Assembly (NCBI GenBank): GCA_016235455.1
Contig: JACRKZ010000066.1
Coordinates: 1 to 24,413, forward strand
Source of the DNA: Armatimonadota bacterium
GTDB taxonomy: Bacteria; Armatimonadota; UBA10988
Length of the DNA: 24,413 bases
Direction of reading: 5' to 3'
In this document: one piece after another, positions 15,848-24,413 of the stretch
Position numbering within the stretch: position 1 is the stretch's first letter
Layout of the letters: each line of letters opens with the position of its first letter
The notes under the pieces: model-generated
Database searches by the model: none
Told to the model about the DNA's origin: nothing
What the model saw: the letters and a program-made list of their open reading frames with translations, nothing else
Program-made: the position numbers and the translations under genes

Positions 15848-17482
15848 TCAGTCGCCGGCCGGCGGGATGGCCTCCACGGGCACAAAGCCGTTGGCGCCCG
15901 CCACCGGACTGATCACAGACTTGATCAGCAGCGAGATGTCCGGCCGGACATACGTCCTGAGCGCCTGCTGCATGGCCTGAACCTCGGCCGGCTCGATGGG
16001 CCAGGGCGTCTCCACCTCGGCGTAGACCAGCAGCCGGTGCGGCTGGACGCGCGGGCGGACGGTCGACACCGTGGCGGTCGGATGCCGCAGGGCCACCTGG
16101 TTGGCCAGCGCCTGTTGCAGCCGGCGGAGCAAGGCCAGCTCGGCGCCGGTCGGCTCGGGCGGCAGATCGGGGTCGACAAAGCCCTGCGACGTGGCCACGC
16201 GGGCCAGCACCGAGCGGACCACCAGCCTGGTCGGCCGGCCGAGCTTCTCGGACAGCGCGGCTTGCAGATCGGCCACCTGGTCCGGCACGACCAGCTCAGG
16301 GGTGCGCACATCGGCCACGAACTGCAGTTGACCCGCCTCGTCGCGCCGGCGCAGACTCACCAGCTCCGCGCCGGACACCGCGCCGAGGCGCTCGGACAAC
16401 ACGCTCGTCGCCTCCTTGAGCATCTTGGCTTCGCGCGTGACGGTCGTCTCTTGGTCGGGCTTGGCCCGCAGTGTGTAAACCGGCCCGTTGGCATCGGCAT
16501 CCTTGGACGACAGCGAGCGCACCACCAGGTGGATGCGCGGGTCCACCCCGCGCCGCAGGTCCTGCTCGATCTCGGCCACCTGGCGCGGCGCGAACTCCTG
16601 CGGGGTGAGCACCACCGCCACGACATCGGTCTGCTCCGGCCCACGGTCGTAGGTCAGCGAGTCGAGTTGCGCGCCAGCCGTCTGGCCGAGCGCCGCCACC
16701 ACGCGCTGCTCCACCTGGTCGCGGAAGTGGCGATCGGCAATCAGGCCCAGGAAGGTGCGTGTCATGAACACCGTCACCGCCACCAGCGCCAACAGACTGA
16801 TCCCGAACCGCCGCAACAGCCGGCCCGCCGAGAGAGCGCTCCCACCGCGGCACTGAGCAATGCCCGTCACGAGAAAGAGCAGCGACGCGGCCATCTGGAT
16901 GGCCACCAGGTTGGCCAGGAACAAGAGCATAGCGCCCTTGGCCAGCTCTGGACGATGAGCGCCCAGACATAGACCGCACGTGGCCAGCGGCGGCACCAGC
17001 GCCACGGCGATGGCCACGCCCGGCAGCGAGGTGCTCACGCGCGCATCGGCCATGGCATACGCGCCCGCGCAGCCCGCCGCCAACGCGATCAAGATGTCGT
17101 AGAGCGTCGGCTGCGTGCGCGCCATGACCTCGGAGCCGAGCCCCAGACTGAGCGGCACCCGGCCGATCAGGTAGGCCAGCAGCAGACACAACAGGACGCC
17201 GAGCGACTCGGTCACCAGGGCCCGCCCGGCCAGCCGCCGGTCGCCGGCCGCCAAACCCAGCGCCAGTCCCAGAATGGGACCCATCAGCGGCGCCACGATC
17301 ATCGCGCCGATGACCACCGCCGTGCTGTTGGCCAACAGGCCAAACGAGGCGATGGCCGCGGACAGCGCGGCCAGCACGTAGTAAGCCCGGTCCCCACGGG
17401 CCATTTCCACTACCGCGTCATACGCGGTCTGGAGTCGCGCGGTGTGCTCCGCGCTGTGCTCGGCCGGCGTAGCCCTAGCCAC
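15848..17482 (-). CDS. DUF389 (TIGR00341-like) membrane protein with a long C-terminal repeat region
   Basis: GLLANSTAVVIGAMIVAPLMGPI, ARTQPTLYDILIAL, LPGVAIAVALVPPL and LFLANL. Probable GTG start at 17482 after GAGGG. Confidence 0.85.
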   Translation of the reverse strand: MARATPAEHSAEHTARLQTAYDAVVEMARGDRAYYVLAALSAAIASFGLLANSTAVVIGAMIVAPLMGPILGLALGLAAGDRRLAGRALVTESLGVLLCLLLAYLIGRVPLSLGLGSEVMARTQPTLYDILIALAAGCAGAYAMADARVSTSLPGVAIAVALVPPLATCGLCLGAHRPELAKGAMLLFLANLVAIQMAASLLFLVTGIAQCRGGSALSAGRLLRRFGISLLALVAVTVFMTRTFLGLIADRHFRDQVEQRVVAALGQTAGAQLDSLTYDRGPEQTDVVAVVLTPQEFAPRQVAEIEQDLRRGVDPRIHLVVRSLSSKDADANGPVYTLRAKPDQETTVTREAKMLKEATSVLSERLGAVSGAELVSLRRRDEAGQLQFVADVRTPELVVPDQVADLQAALSEKLGRPTRLVVRSVLARVATSQGFVDPDLPPEPTGAELALLRRLQQALANQVALRHPTATVSTVRPRVQPHRLLVYAEVETPWPIEPAEVQAMQQALRTYVRPDISLLIKSVISPVAGANGFVPVEAIPPAGD

Positions 17483-17643
17483 TGTCCACCCTCGTGTTCG
17501 CGCGTCCCTCGCCAGGGCGCTCCCGGGCTCACCACTGAACCGCCAAACCCGACAGCCTGTTAAGGCATTTTGGCACACGCCGACCAGGTTCGGCGCCGCT
17601 TGGCCTCGCATGGCGGAACCACGGCCCGCGCCAGCGCGTCCAT

Positions 17644-17652
17644 ATCATACCA
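17644..17652 (-). promoter_or_regulatory. Possible extended -10 promoter (TGGTATGAT) for the DUF389 operon
   Basis: TGnTATGAT in an AT-richer patch of the divergent intergenic region. No clear -35. Confidence 0.4.
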
Positions 17653-17727
17653 CGATACACCACGGAGGCCGGTAGGCCACCCGCGGCGGGCCGGTCGGTC
17701 GGCCCCGATTCCCGCCAGGAGGCTACC

Positions 17728-18873
17728 ATGGCGCGCGTACACACCACTCTGTCGCCAGCGACGTCCGCTCGGACAGAAGCCCGGTGCATCCACCATCTTG
17801 AGCACCTCTGCGACCTGCCGCGGACCGAACTGCGCCAACTGGCGCAGGTGACACGGCACTTCCCCTTCCGTGCCAGCAACTACTACCTGGGGCTCATTGA
17901 CTGGTCTGACCCCGCCGATCCCATCCGCCGACTGATCGTGCCGAACCGCGCCGAAGTAGAGCCGTGGGGCACGCGCGACGCCAGCCACGAGCAGGACTAC
18001 ACTGTCGCGCCTGGCGTGCAGCACAAGTACCCCTCGACGGTCCTGTTTCTGTGCAGCAGCCAGTGCGGCGGACTGTGTCGCTACTGCTTCCGCAAGCGGT
18101 TGTTCGGCGCAGCGCGCGAGCACATCAAGTTCGACATCGTCGAGGCCCTGGCCTACGTCGCCGCGCGGCCCCAGGTCAGCAACGTACTGCTGACCGGCGG
18201 CGATCCCCTGATGTTGCCCACGGGGCAACTGAGCCGCATCATCGCCAGCCTGTGGGAGATACCGCATGTGCGGATCATCCGCATCGGGTCCAAGATGCCG
18301 GCCTTCGATCCCGATCGCATTGGCTCTGACCACGAGTTGCTGCAAACGCTCGATCACTACGGCAGCGGCCACGCGCGTATCCAGGTGATGACCCACTTCG
18401 ACCATCCCCGCGAGTTGACGCCCCGCGCGCTGTGTGCCCTGCAGGCACTGCACGCACACGGCGTCGCTACCGTCAACCAGTGCCCGATCTCGGCCGGCAT
18501 CAATGACGATCCACTCGTGCTGCGCGCGTTGTTTGAGGCCTTGTCCTACGCCAACTGCCCACAGTATTACGCCTTCGCGGTACGCCCGACGGCCGGCAAT
18601 AAGCCCTTCAGGGTGCCGTTGGTGCGGGCCTATGAGCTCTTCGGCCACGCCATCGCCGGCATCCCCGGCCTGGCCAAGACAGCACGGCTGGTCATGTCGC
18701 ACGCCAGCGGCAAGATCGAGATCGTCGGCCTCGACAGCAACCGCATCTACCTGCGCTACCACCGCGCCTTCGCCCCCGCCGACCGCGGGCGCTTCTTCGC
18801 CTGCCGCCGCGATGACAACGCGTTCTGGCTCGACGACCTGCAGGTCGACAACGGAATCGCCGCCGCGTGCTGA
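17728..18873 (+). CDS. KamA-family radical SAM enzyme (lysine 2,3-aminomutase-like, divergent)
   Basis: DPIRR, HKYP, CGGLCRYCFRKR (CxxxCxxC), LLTGGDPL, IRIGSK, THFDHPRE, GINDD and SHASGKIEI. GGAGG RBS. Confidence 0.9.
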   Translation: MARVHTTLSPATSARTEARCIHHLEHLCDLPRTELRQLAQVTRHFPFRASNYYLGLIDWSDPADPIRRLIVPNRAEVEPWGTRDASHEQDYTVAPGVQHKYPSTVLFLCSSQCGGLCRYCFRKRLFGAAREHIKFDIVEALAYVAARPQVSNVLLTGGDPLMLPTGQLSRIIASLWEIPHVRIIRIGSKMPAFDPDRIGSDHELLQTLDHYGSGHARIQVMTHFDHPRELTPRALCALQALHAHGVATVNQCPISAGINDDPLVLRALFEALSYANCPQYYAFAVRPTAGNKPFRVPLVRAYELFGHAIAGIPGLAKTARLVMSHASGKIEIVGLDSNRIYLRYHRAFAPADRGRFFACRRDDNAFWLDDLQVDNGIAAAC

Positions 18874-18900
18874 GCCGCCAGACGCCAGATCGCAGACGCC

Positions 18901-18929
18901 TTGCGTCCGCGCTCCGTCTATGCTACAGT
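18901..18929 (+). promoter_or_regulatory. Sigma70-type promoter of the LacI gene
   Basis: -35 TTGCGT (18901-18906), 17-bp spacer, extended -10 TGcTACAGT (18921-18929). Confidence 0.65.
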
Positions 18930-18931
18930 CA

Positions 18932-18945
18932 CTTATACGTATAGG
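18932..18945. promoter_or_regulatory. Putative LacI-family operator CTTATACGTATAGG
   Basis: Perfect palindrome TATACGTATA (18934-18943) with central CG, over the predicted +1. Confidence 0.7.
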
Positions 18946-18964
18946 CTAGAGCAACGGAGGCAGT

Positions 18965-19969
18965 GTGGCACGCAAGGCGACAAGTGTGGATGTGGCGCGG
19001 CTGGCGGGTGTCTCGCAGGCCACGGTGTCGTATGTGCTCAATGGGCGCGTCGACCAGAGCATTCGCGAGGAGACGCGCAGCCGGGTGCTCGACGCGGCGC
19101 GTGAGCTGGGCTACCAGGCCAATCTGGCGGCGCGGGCGCTGGTCACTGGCCGCACGCAGATGATCGCCCTGTGGGTGCCCTATGCGTTCCACAGTGTGTT
19201 CGGCCACATCGTCGAGCAGGTCATGGGGCAGGCGCGCGGCAGCGACTACCGCATCCTGGTCGTGCAGATCTACGACGAGACGCCGCAGACCATGCTCACC
19301 GGCGCGCTGCGCGCCACGTTGCAGGTCGATGGCATTCTGGCCTTCGACGCATTCGGGCTGGCGGAGTCGATGCTCGACGCGGCGCCGCATCTGCCGCCGC
19401 TGGTCACCTTCGGCCCGACCTGGTCGCCGCGCACGGACCACGTCGGCGTGGACCTCGGCGGCGGCAGCGTGACCGCCGTGCGGCACCTGCTGGCGCGCGG
19501 CTGCCGGCGCGTCGCCTTCGCCGGCTTCGCCGACCGGCTGTGGCCAGGCGAGGCGCGCTACGATGCCTACCTCCGCGTGCTCGGCGAGGCCGGGCTGGAG
19601 CCGTGCGTCATCCCACTCGAGCGCGGCGATTACGACGACAGCTACCGCGCCGTGCGAGACTGGTTCGCCGCCGACCGCGCGGTGGACGGCCTGTTCTGCT
19701 GGAACGACGAGGCCGCCATCGGCGCGGTGCGCGCCTTGGCCGACCTGGGCGTACGAGTGCCCGACGACGTGGCCGTGATCGGCTCCGACGGCGTGCGCGA
19801 GACGGCCTTCACCTCGCCCACGCTAAGCACCATGGCCCAGCCCTTCGCGGCCATGTGCGAGTTAGCCTGGAACTACCTGCGGCAGCGGCTGGACCAGCCC
19901 GACCTGCCGCTGCAACAGACCGTGTTGCCCATGGATCTGGTGGAGCGCGCCTCCACTGAGCGGGTCTGA
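18965..19969 (+). CDS. LacI-family transcriptional regulator
   Basis: HTH TSVDVARLAGVSQATVSYVLNG, LGYQANLAARAL, CWNDEAAIG, VPDDVAVIG and PTLSTMAQP. GGAGG RBS with GTG start. Confidence 0.95.
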   Translation: MARKATSVDVARLAGVSQATVSYVLNGRVDQSIREETRSRVLDAARELGYQANLAARALVTGRTQMIALWVPYAFHSVFGHIVEQVMGQARGSDYRILVVQIYDETPQTMLTGALRATLQVDGILAFDAFGLAESMLDAAPHLPPLVTFGPTWSPRTDHVGVDLGGGSVTAVRHLLARGCRRVAFAGFADRLWPGEARYDAYLRVLGEAGLEPCVIPLERGDYDDSYRAVRDWFAADRAVDGLFCWNDEAAIGAVRALADLGVRVPDDVAVIGSDGVRETAFTSPTLSTMAQPFAAMCELAWNYLRQRLDQPDLPLQQTVLPMDLVERASTERV

Positions 19970-19977
19970 CATGATCC

Positions 19978-20035
19978 TCCACAGATAACACAGACGGACG
20001 ATCCGATCATCTGTGCAATCTGCGCAGTCTGTGGA
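19978..20035. repeat. Inverted array of 9-mer CACAGAT/ATCTGTG repeats
   Basis: TCCACAGAT AACACAGAC (19978-19995) faces ATCTGTGCA ATCTGCGCA GTCTGTGGA (20009-20035). Confidence 0.7.
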
Positions 20036-20076
20036 TGAGTCGTTGCCTTTGACGCGAGAGCGGAATGGAGACTGCG

Positions 20077-23000
20077 ATGTCACGAGGTAGCCAGCGAGTG
20101 TGGCTGTGCCTGAGTCTGGCGATGACGGCGTTGAGTGCCGCGCCGGTCAGGTTCGGCGAGACCATCGGCCTGGGCGTCAAGTTCAGCCAGGGCCAGCCCC
20201 TGAGCCAACTGCCCGACCTGAAGGAGTTGGGCGTGCGCTGGGTGCGTGACGGCGTCGACTGGCCGACCATCGAGCCGACGGCCGGCAACTACCTGCCGGC
20301 CTTCCCGGCCGACTTCGCGCAGCGGCTGGCCTTCTACCGCGCCAACCACATCGGCGTCGACTTCCTGCTGGCCTACAGCAACCCCAAGGCCTACCCCAAC
20401 ACCGCCGACAAGCCGCGCAACGAGTACGACGCCGCGGCCTACGGGCGCTACGCCGGCCAGGTGGCCCGGCTGATGAAGGCGTCGGGCGTGGAGTTCGTGC
20501 TGGAAGTCTGGAACGAGCCGCACAACTCGCTGCAGAAGCCGTTCGGCGGCGAGTGGCAGGGCAAGCTGCCTTCGGCCTGGGTCGACCAGTACGTGAAGAT
20601 GGTCGAGGAGACGGTCAAGAACGTGGCCGCCGTGGACCCGGCCATCACCGTGCTTAGCCAGGACGACATGTGGATCTGCACCTACTGGTTCCTGGAGAAG
20701 GGCCTGCCATCGGCGCTCGGCGGCCTGAGCTTCCATCCCTACCAGGGCCTGCCCGAGCAGGCGGCGGTGCGCGCCGACACGGACTGGTGCCGCCCATACC
20801 AGTGCACCGACGCCGACGGCTCGTATGCCTCGGCCGTGCGCCGGCTGCGCGAGTTCGGCGCGGGGAAGCTGGGCCATACGCCGCAGATGTGGGCTACGGA
20901 GGCCGGTTACGAGACCGGCGGCAAGTCGGCCAAGGGGCCGATCAGCGAAGAGACCATCGCCGCGTATGTGCCGCGCACGTTCATCGTCAACGCCGCGGCC
21001 GGCGTGGACAAGATGCTCTGGTTCAGCTCGTTCGACGGGCCCGACGGGCCCATGGGCCTGACGGACAACCAGGGCCGCCACCGCAAGCAGTACGACGCGT
21101 TCCGCACCATGAGCGCGCAGCTGCGCGACTGCACACTGGTTCGGCAGGTCGCCGGCGCCGATGATCCCGTGTCAGGCCTGCAGGCCTTCCTCTTCCAGGG
21201 GCCCGACGGCTACCGGCTCGCGGCGTGGTGCATCGACGGCACCACGCCGGCGCTACTGGGCAAGGCCGGCGGCACGGCCATCCACGCGGTGGATGTCATG
21301 GGCCAGCCCGCGGCGCTGACCGCGCCCGTGGACGGCACGCGCCGCGTGTCGCTGGGCATCGCCCCGCTGTATATCAGCGGCGTGCCCGCCGATGTGACCC
21401 TGGCGCCGGTGCCCAAGCCGGTCGTCACGGCGCGGCTCGACGACCTGATCGATGGCGAGACCGACTGGACCGCGGGCGATGCCACGCTGGAAGTGCTGCC
21501 CGACGGCGCCGTGCCCGGCCGACCGACCTTTCGCTACACGGTCGACCTGAGCAAGGGTTGGCACTGGAACGCGCTGACCAAGCCGCTGGGCGACCTGAAC
21601 GTGGCGGATGTCTCGGCTGTCCGCATGAAGGTCAAGACGCCCACGGCCTGCACCATGGACATCCTCTTTGTGGACGGCACCGGCCAGTCGCACATCGTGC
21701 ATCAGCAGCCGGTGAACGCTGATGGTGCGTGGCACGACATGACCATCGAGCCCCGGCGCATCGCGGGTGGCGAGCACTGGGGCGGCGCCAACGACGCGGT
21801 CTGGCACGGTCCGCCGACCAGCATGGCCATCCTGTTCGGCACGCCGACGCCGGGCAAACTGGTGGTCGACATCAGTGACGCTCGCGCCGAAGCCACGCCC
21901 GCCGTAGTGGCGCAGCCGGCGGCCTGGAAAGCAGACTTCGAGGCGGGGGACACGCTGCCCGCGGGCTGGACGAGCGCCGGCGCCGTCAGCATCGACGCCA
22001 AGGACGGCCTGAAGGGCGGCCGCTCGCTGCTGCTGACGCTGCCGGTCACGGCCACGGTCGGCGCGCCCATCACCGCCACCGGTCCGACCTTCGCCGTGAC
22101 GACCGGCCAGTGGCGCTTTGCCGGCATGGCGCGCAGCGACCTCAAGTCGCCCGACGACTCCTTCGCCGGCGTGGTCACGCTGAGCCTGCTCAACGCCGCC
22201 GGCGCCGTGGTGCAGGCCGTCGATCTCGCTCAGCTCTTTGGTCAGCACGACTGGCAGGCATTGGCCGAGACGGTCGAAGTGCCCGCCGGCGTGACCAGCG
22301 CACGCTTTGCCGTGCGACTCAACAAACCCAGCGGGCGCTTCTGGGTCGACGACCTGAGCGCGGCCTTCCTGGCGCCGGCCACCAGCGGCGACACGCGCGT
22401 GGCCCGGCTGATCTTCGGCACCAGCGCGCTGGGCAACCTGTGGTATCCGGGCGACCCGCGTAAGGTGGAAGTGCGCGTGGAGTCCACCAAGCCGCTGCTG
22501 GCCGCGCAACGCATGGTCACCTACGAACTCCGCGACTACTGGGGCGCGCCGCAAACCCAGCCGGCGGCGGTGGCCGAGGAACGCAAGTCGGCCGAGCGCT
22601 TCCTCTACGTTGGCGAGATCGACCTCAGCGCGGCGCCCATGGAGACCGGCCGCTACTACGAGATCCACGGCGCCGTGGCGCGGCCGGGCAACACGCCCTT
22701 CGAGAACTACAGCGCGTTGGCCGTGCTGCCCGAGGCGCCGGCACGCCGGTACCGGCCCGAGGACGTGCCGTTCACCAGCCGCGACTGGGACAACCGGCTC
22801 ACGCCCTACCTGCTCTTGACCGACCGCGTGGGCATCCGGGTGGCCGGGCTGTGGGGCGGCTGGTCCGAGAAGCCGCCGTACAACCCCGAGGCGCCCGGCA
22901 TCGATGTGGTCGCCAAGACCGGCATGGGCTTCCTGAGCGGCACGCCGAGCTCGACCATCGAAGCCGGCAAGAGCACCTACGATGAGGCCGCCCTGCGCGG

Positions 23001-24413
23001 CGGCGTGGCCCGCTTCATCGAGGCGTTCGGCAAGAACCGGCCGATGTACATCAGTCTGGGCAATGAGCCCTCGGGCAGCGGCGAGCAGGTGCTCCGCAAT
23101 GTCGCCGCCTACAAGATCGTTTACGAAGAGATCAAGCGCATCGACCCGTCCATTTTCGTGGTCGGCACGTCCATCGGACCGACCGAGGAGTACTTTAGGG
23201 CCGGGTTCGGCAAGTACTGCGATGCCTATGACTTCCACACCTACGCCGGCGTGGACGACATCCGCGGCGCGTTCGCGCAGTACCGCGAGCTGATGCGCCG
23301 GTACGGCCCGGTCAAGCCCATCTGGTCGACCGAGATGGGCATGAACAGCCAGGGCGTGGCGCGCAACGTGGTGGCCGCGCTGATGATCAAGAAGTTCGCC
23401 ATCTTCTTCGCCGAAGGCGGCCAGAACTGCTCGTGGTTCGACTTCCTCTACCCCGACGACAACGGCACCAACGCCAACAGCGCCTCGGCGGCCCACGACG
23501 TGTTCGACTCCCGCTACAGCCGCTACGCGCCCAAGCTCACAGCCATCTCGCTGTACGACATCGTCAACGCCATCGGCGCCAAGAAGTTCGTCGCCGAGAA
23601 GGCCTATGCCAACGGCGTCAGCGCGTTCCTGTTCCGCGATCGCGACGGCCGGGCGCTGCAGATCCTGTGGCGCGACCAGGGCCGCGTCGACGTAGCCCTG
23701 CCGCTGGCCGGCGCGGACGTGGTGCGCGTGACGCTGCTCGACGGCACGCGCCGCACGCTCAACGCCAAGACTGGCGCGCTCACGCTCAGTGTGGGCAGCG
23801 AACCGCTGCTGCTCGAGTATGACGGCGGGCCCAAGACGCTGGCCGAGAAGCTGGATGCACCGCTGGCCACGGTCGACGTGCCCACCGCGCTGCGCGGCGC
23901 GACCAGCACCGTCAAGGTGGCCCTGGCCGGCGCGAACGCCGACGAGGTCGGCCTGCTGGTGCCGCCGTTCTGGACCGTGCGCCGGCTGGCGCCGACCACC
24001 GAGGGCGGACGGCGCGTGCTGCCGTTCGAGGTCACCACGCCGGAGAACGGCGCGGCGCGTGAGGCGTCGTACACGGTGACCCTGGGCAGCCGCGGCGAGC
24101 TGTATGCCCGCGCGCCGGTGGCCGGCCGCCTGTCGGCCGAACTGCGCCCGCTGCCGGCTTATGACGGCAAGCCCGCGGGCGTGCGCCTGACCATCACCAA
24201 CAACGGCCAGACCCCGCAGGACGTGCGCTACGCCGTCTCGCCCGAACGCGAGCAGGCCCTGGCCAAGGGCCAGTTCGGTGCAGCCATGCCGTCGTCGGCG
24301 CAGTTCGCCAAGGCGGCGTCCGGCACGGTGGCCGTGGCCGGCGGCAAATCCGTCGACCTCGACCTGCCGTTGGCCGGCGCCGACCCCATCCGGCTGTACC
24401 GCGTGCAGGCCAC
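20077..24413 (+). CDS. Very large secreted multidomain glycoside hydrolase (two GH39/GH5-like clan GH-A domains plus CBM-like modules), 3'-truncated by the window
   Basis: Translated by hand in frame +1 from ATG 20077 (GGAG RBS): MSRGSQRVWLCLSLAMTALSA signal, LGVRWVRD..W..IEP, EVWNEP (~20503-20520), FHPY, WATEAG. Second set: LGNEP (~23056-23070), YDFHTY, PIWSTEMG (~23317-23340). No stop seen before the window end, which explains its absence from the ORF track. Confidence 0.85.
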   Translation, partial: MSRGSQRVWLCLSLAMTALSAAPVRFGETIGLGVKFSQGQPLSQLPDLKELGVRWVRDGVDWPTIEPTAGNYLPAFPADFAQRLAFYRANHIGVDFLLAYSNPKAYPNTADKPRNEYDAAAYGRYAGQVARLMKASGVEFVLEVWNEPHNSLQKPFGGEWQGKLPSAWVDQYVKMVEETVKNVAAVDPAITVLSQDDMWICTYWFLEKGLPSALGGLSFHPYQGLPEQAAVRADTDWCRPYQCTDADGSYASAVRRLREFGAGKLGHTPQMWATEAGYETGGKSAKGPISEETIAAYVPRTFIVNAAAGVDKMLWFSSFDGPDGPMGLTDNQGRHRKQYDAFRTMSAQLRDCTLVRQVAGADDPVSGLQAFLFQGPDGYRLAAWCIDGTTPALLGKAGGTAIHAVDVMGQPAALTAPVDGTRRVSLGIAPLYISGVPADVTLAPVPKPVVTARLDDLIDGETDWTAGDATLEVLPDGAVPGRPTFRYTVDLSKGWHWNALTKPLGDLNVADVSAVRMKVKTPTACTMDILFVDGTGQSHIVHQQPVNADGAWHDMTIEPRRIAGGEHWGGANDAVWHGPPTSMAILFGTPTPGKLVVDISDARAEATPAVVAQPAAWKADFEAGDTLPAGWTSAGAVSIDAKDGLKGGRSLLLTLPVTATVGAPITATGPTFAVTTGQWRFAGMARSDLKSPDDSFAGVVTLSLLNAAGAVVQAVDLAQLFGQHDWQALAETVEVPAGVTSARFAVRLNKPSGRFWVDDLSAAFLAPATSGDTRVARLIFGTSALGNLWYPGDPRKVEVRVESTKPLLAAQRMVTYELRDYWGAPQTQPAAVAEERKSAERFLYVGEIDLSAAPMETGRYYEIHGAVARPGNTPFENYSALAVLPEAPARRYRPEDVPFTSRDWDNRLTPYLLLTDRVGIRVAGLWGGWSEKPPYNPEAPGIDVVAKTGMGFLSGTPSSTIEAGKSTYDEAALRGGVARFIEAFGKNRPMYISLGNEPSGSGEQVLRNVAAYKIVYEEIKRIDPSIFVVGTSIGPTEEYFRAGFGKYCDAYDFHTYAGVDDIRGAFAQYRELMRRYGPVKPIWSTEMGMNSQGVARNVVAALMIKKFAIFFAEGGQNCSWFDFLYPDDNGTNANSASAAHDVFDSRYSRYAPKLTAISLYDIVNAIGAKKFVAEKAYANGVSAFLFRDRDGRALQILWRDQGRVDVALPLAGADVVRVTLLDGTRRTLNAKTGALTLSVGSEPLLLEYDGGPKTLAEKLDAPLATVDVPTALRGATSTVKVALAGANADEVGLLVPPFWTVRRLAPTTEGGRRVLPFEVTTPENGAAREASYTVTLGSRGELYARAPVAGRLSAELRPLPAYDGKPAGVRLTITNNGQTPQDVRYAVSPEREQALAKGQFGAAMPSSAQFAKAASGTVAVAGGKSVDLDLPLAGADPIRLYRVQA

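Noticed and set aside
17490-17640. Possible riboswitch in the DUF389/antiporter leader
   Set aside because: No consensus I could recognise for c-di-AMP, fluoride, or Na+/Li+ riboswitches; an Rfam/Infernal scan would be needed.
18876-18900. Short CGCCAGA heptamer run after the KamA-like gene
   Set aside because: Only two exact units and no inverted partner; may be chance.
20080-23496. 333 aa and 747 aa minus-strand ORFs
   Set aside because: Shadows of the real plus-strand GH ORF starting at 20077.
1-24413. CRISPR array, tRNA or rRNA
   Set aside because: No regularly spaced direct repeats or structural RNA signatures seen.

Overview
High-GC bacterial DNA. The many signal-peptide-bearing glycosidases suggest an Armatimonadota/Planctomycetota-like polysaccharide degrader (inference only). 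In order: a complete IS1182-family element (IRs 4-22 and 1633-1651); three minus-strand exported proteins (esterase, GH78 alpha-L-rhamnosidase, large lectin/GATase-like protein) separated by palindromic repeats; a divergent, tightly coupled six-gene redox operon (8700-13830); a minus-strand DUF389 / CPA2 antiporter / exported beta-carbonic anhydrase cluster; a divergent KamA-like radical SAM enzyme; a LacI regulator with a visible promoter and operator; and a >1400 aa secreted protein with two clan GH-A-like catalytic domains that runs off the window end and is missing from the ORF track. The best candidate for an undescribed system is the six-gene operon. It links an ATP-driven double-cubane-cluster-type reductase and its activator to a NapH/MauN-like membrane ferredoxin and a DsbD_2-like Cys membrane protein. 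Two exported proteins that appear to be remote paralogs flank it, and one has a mature N-terminal His-Leu-Cys motif. All family calls come from motif recognition, not database searches.
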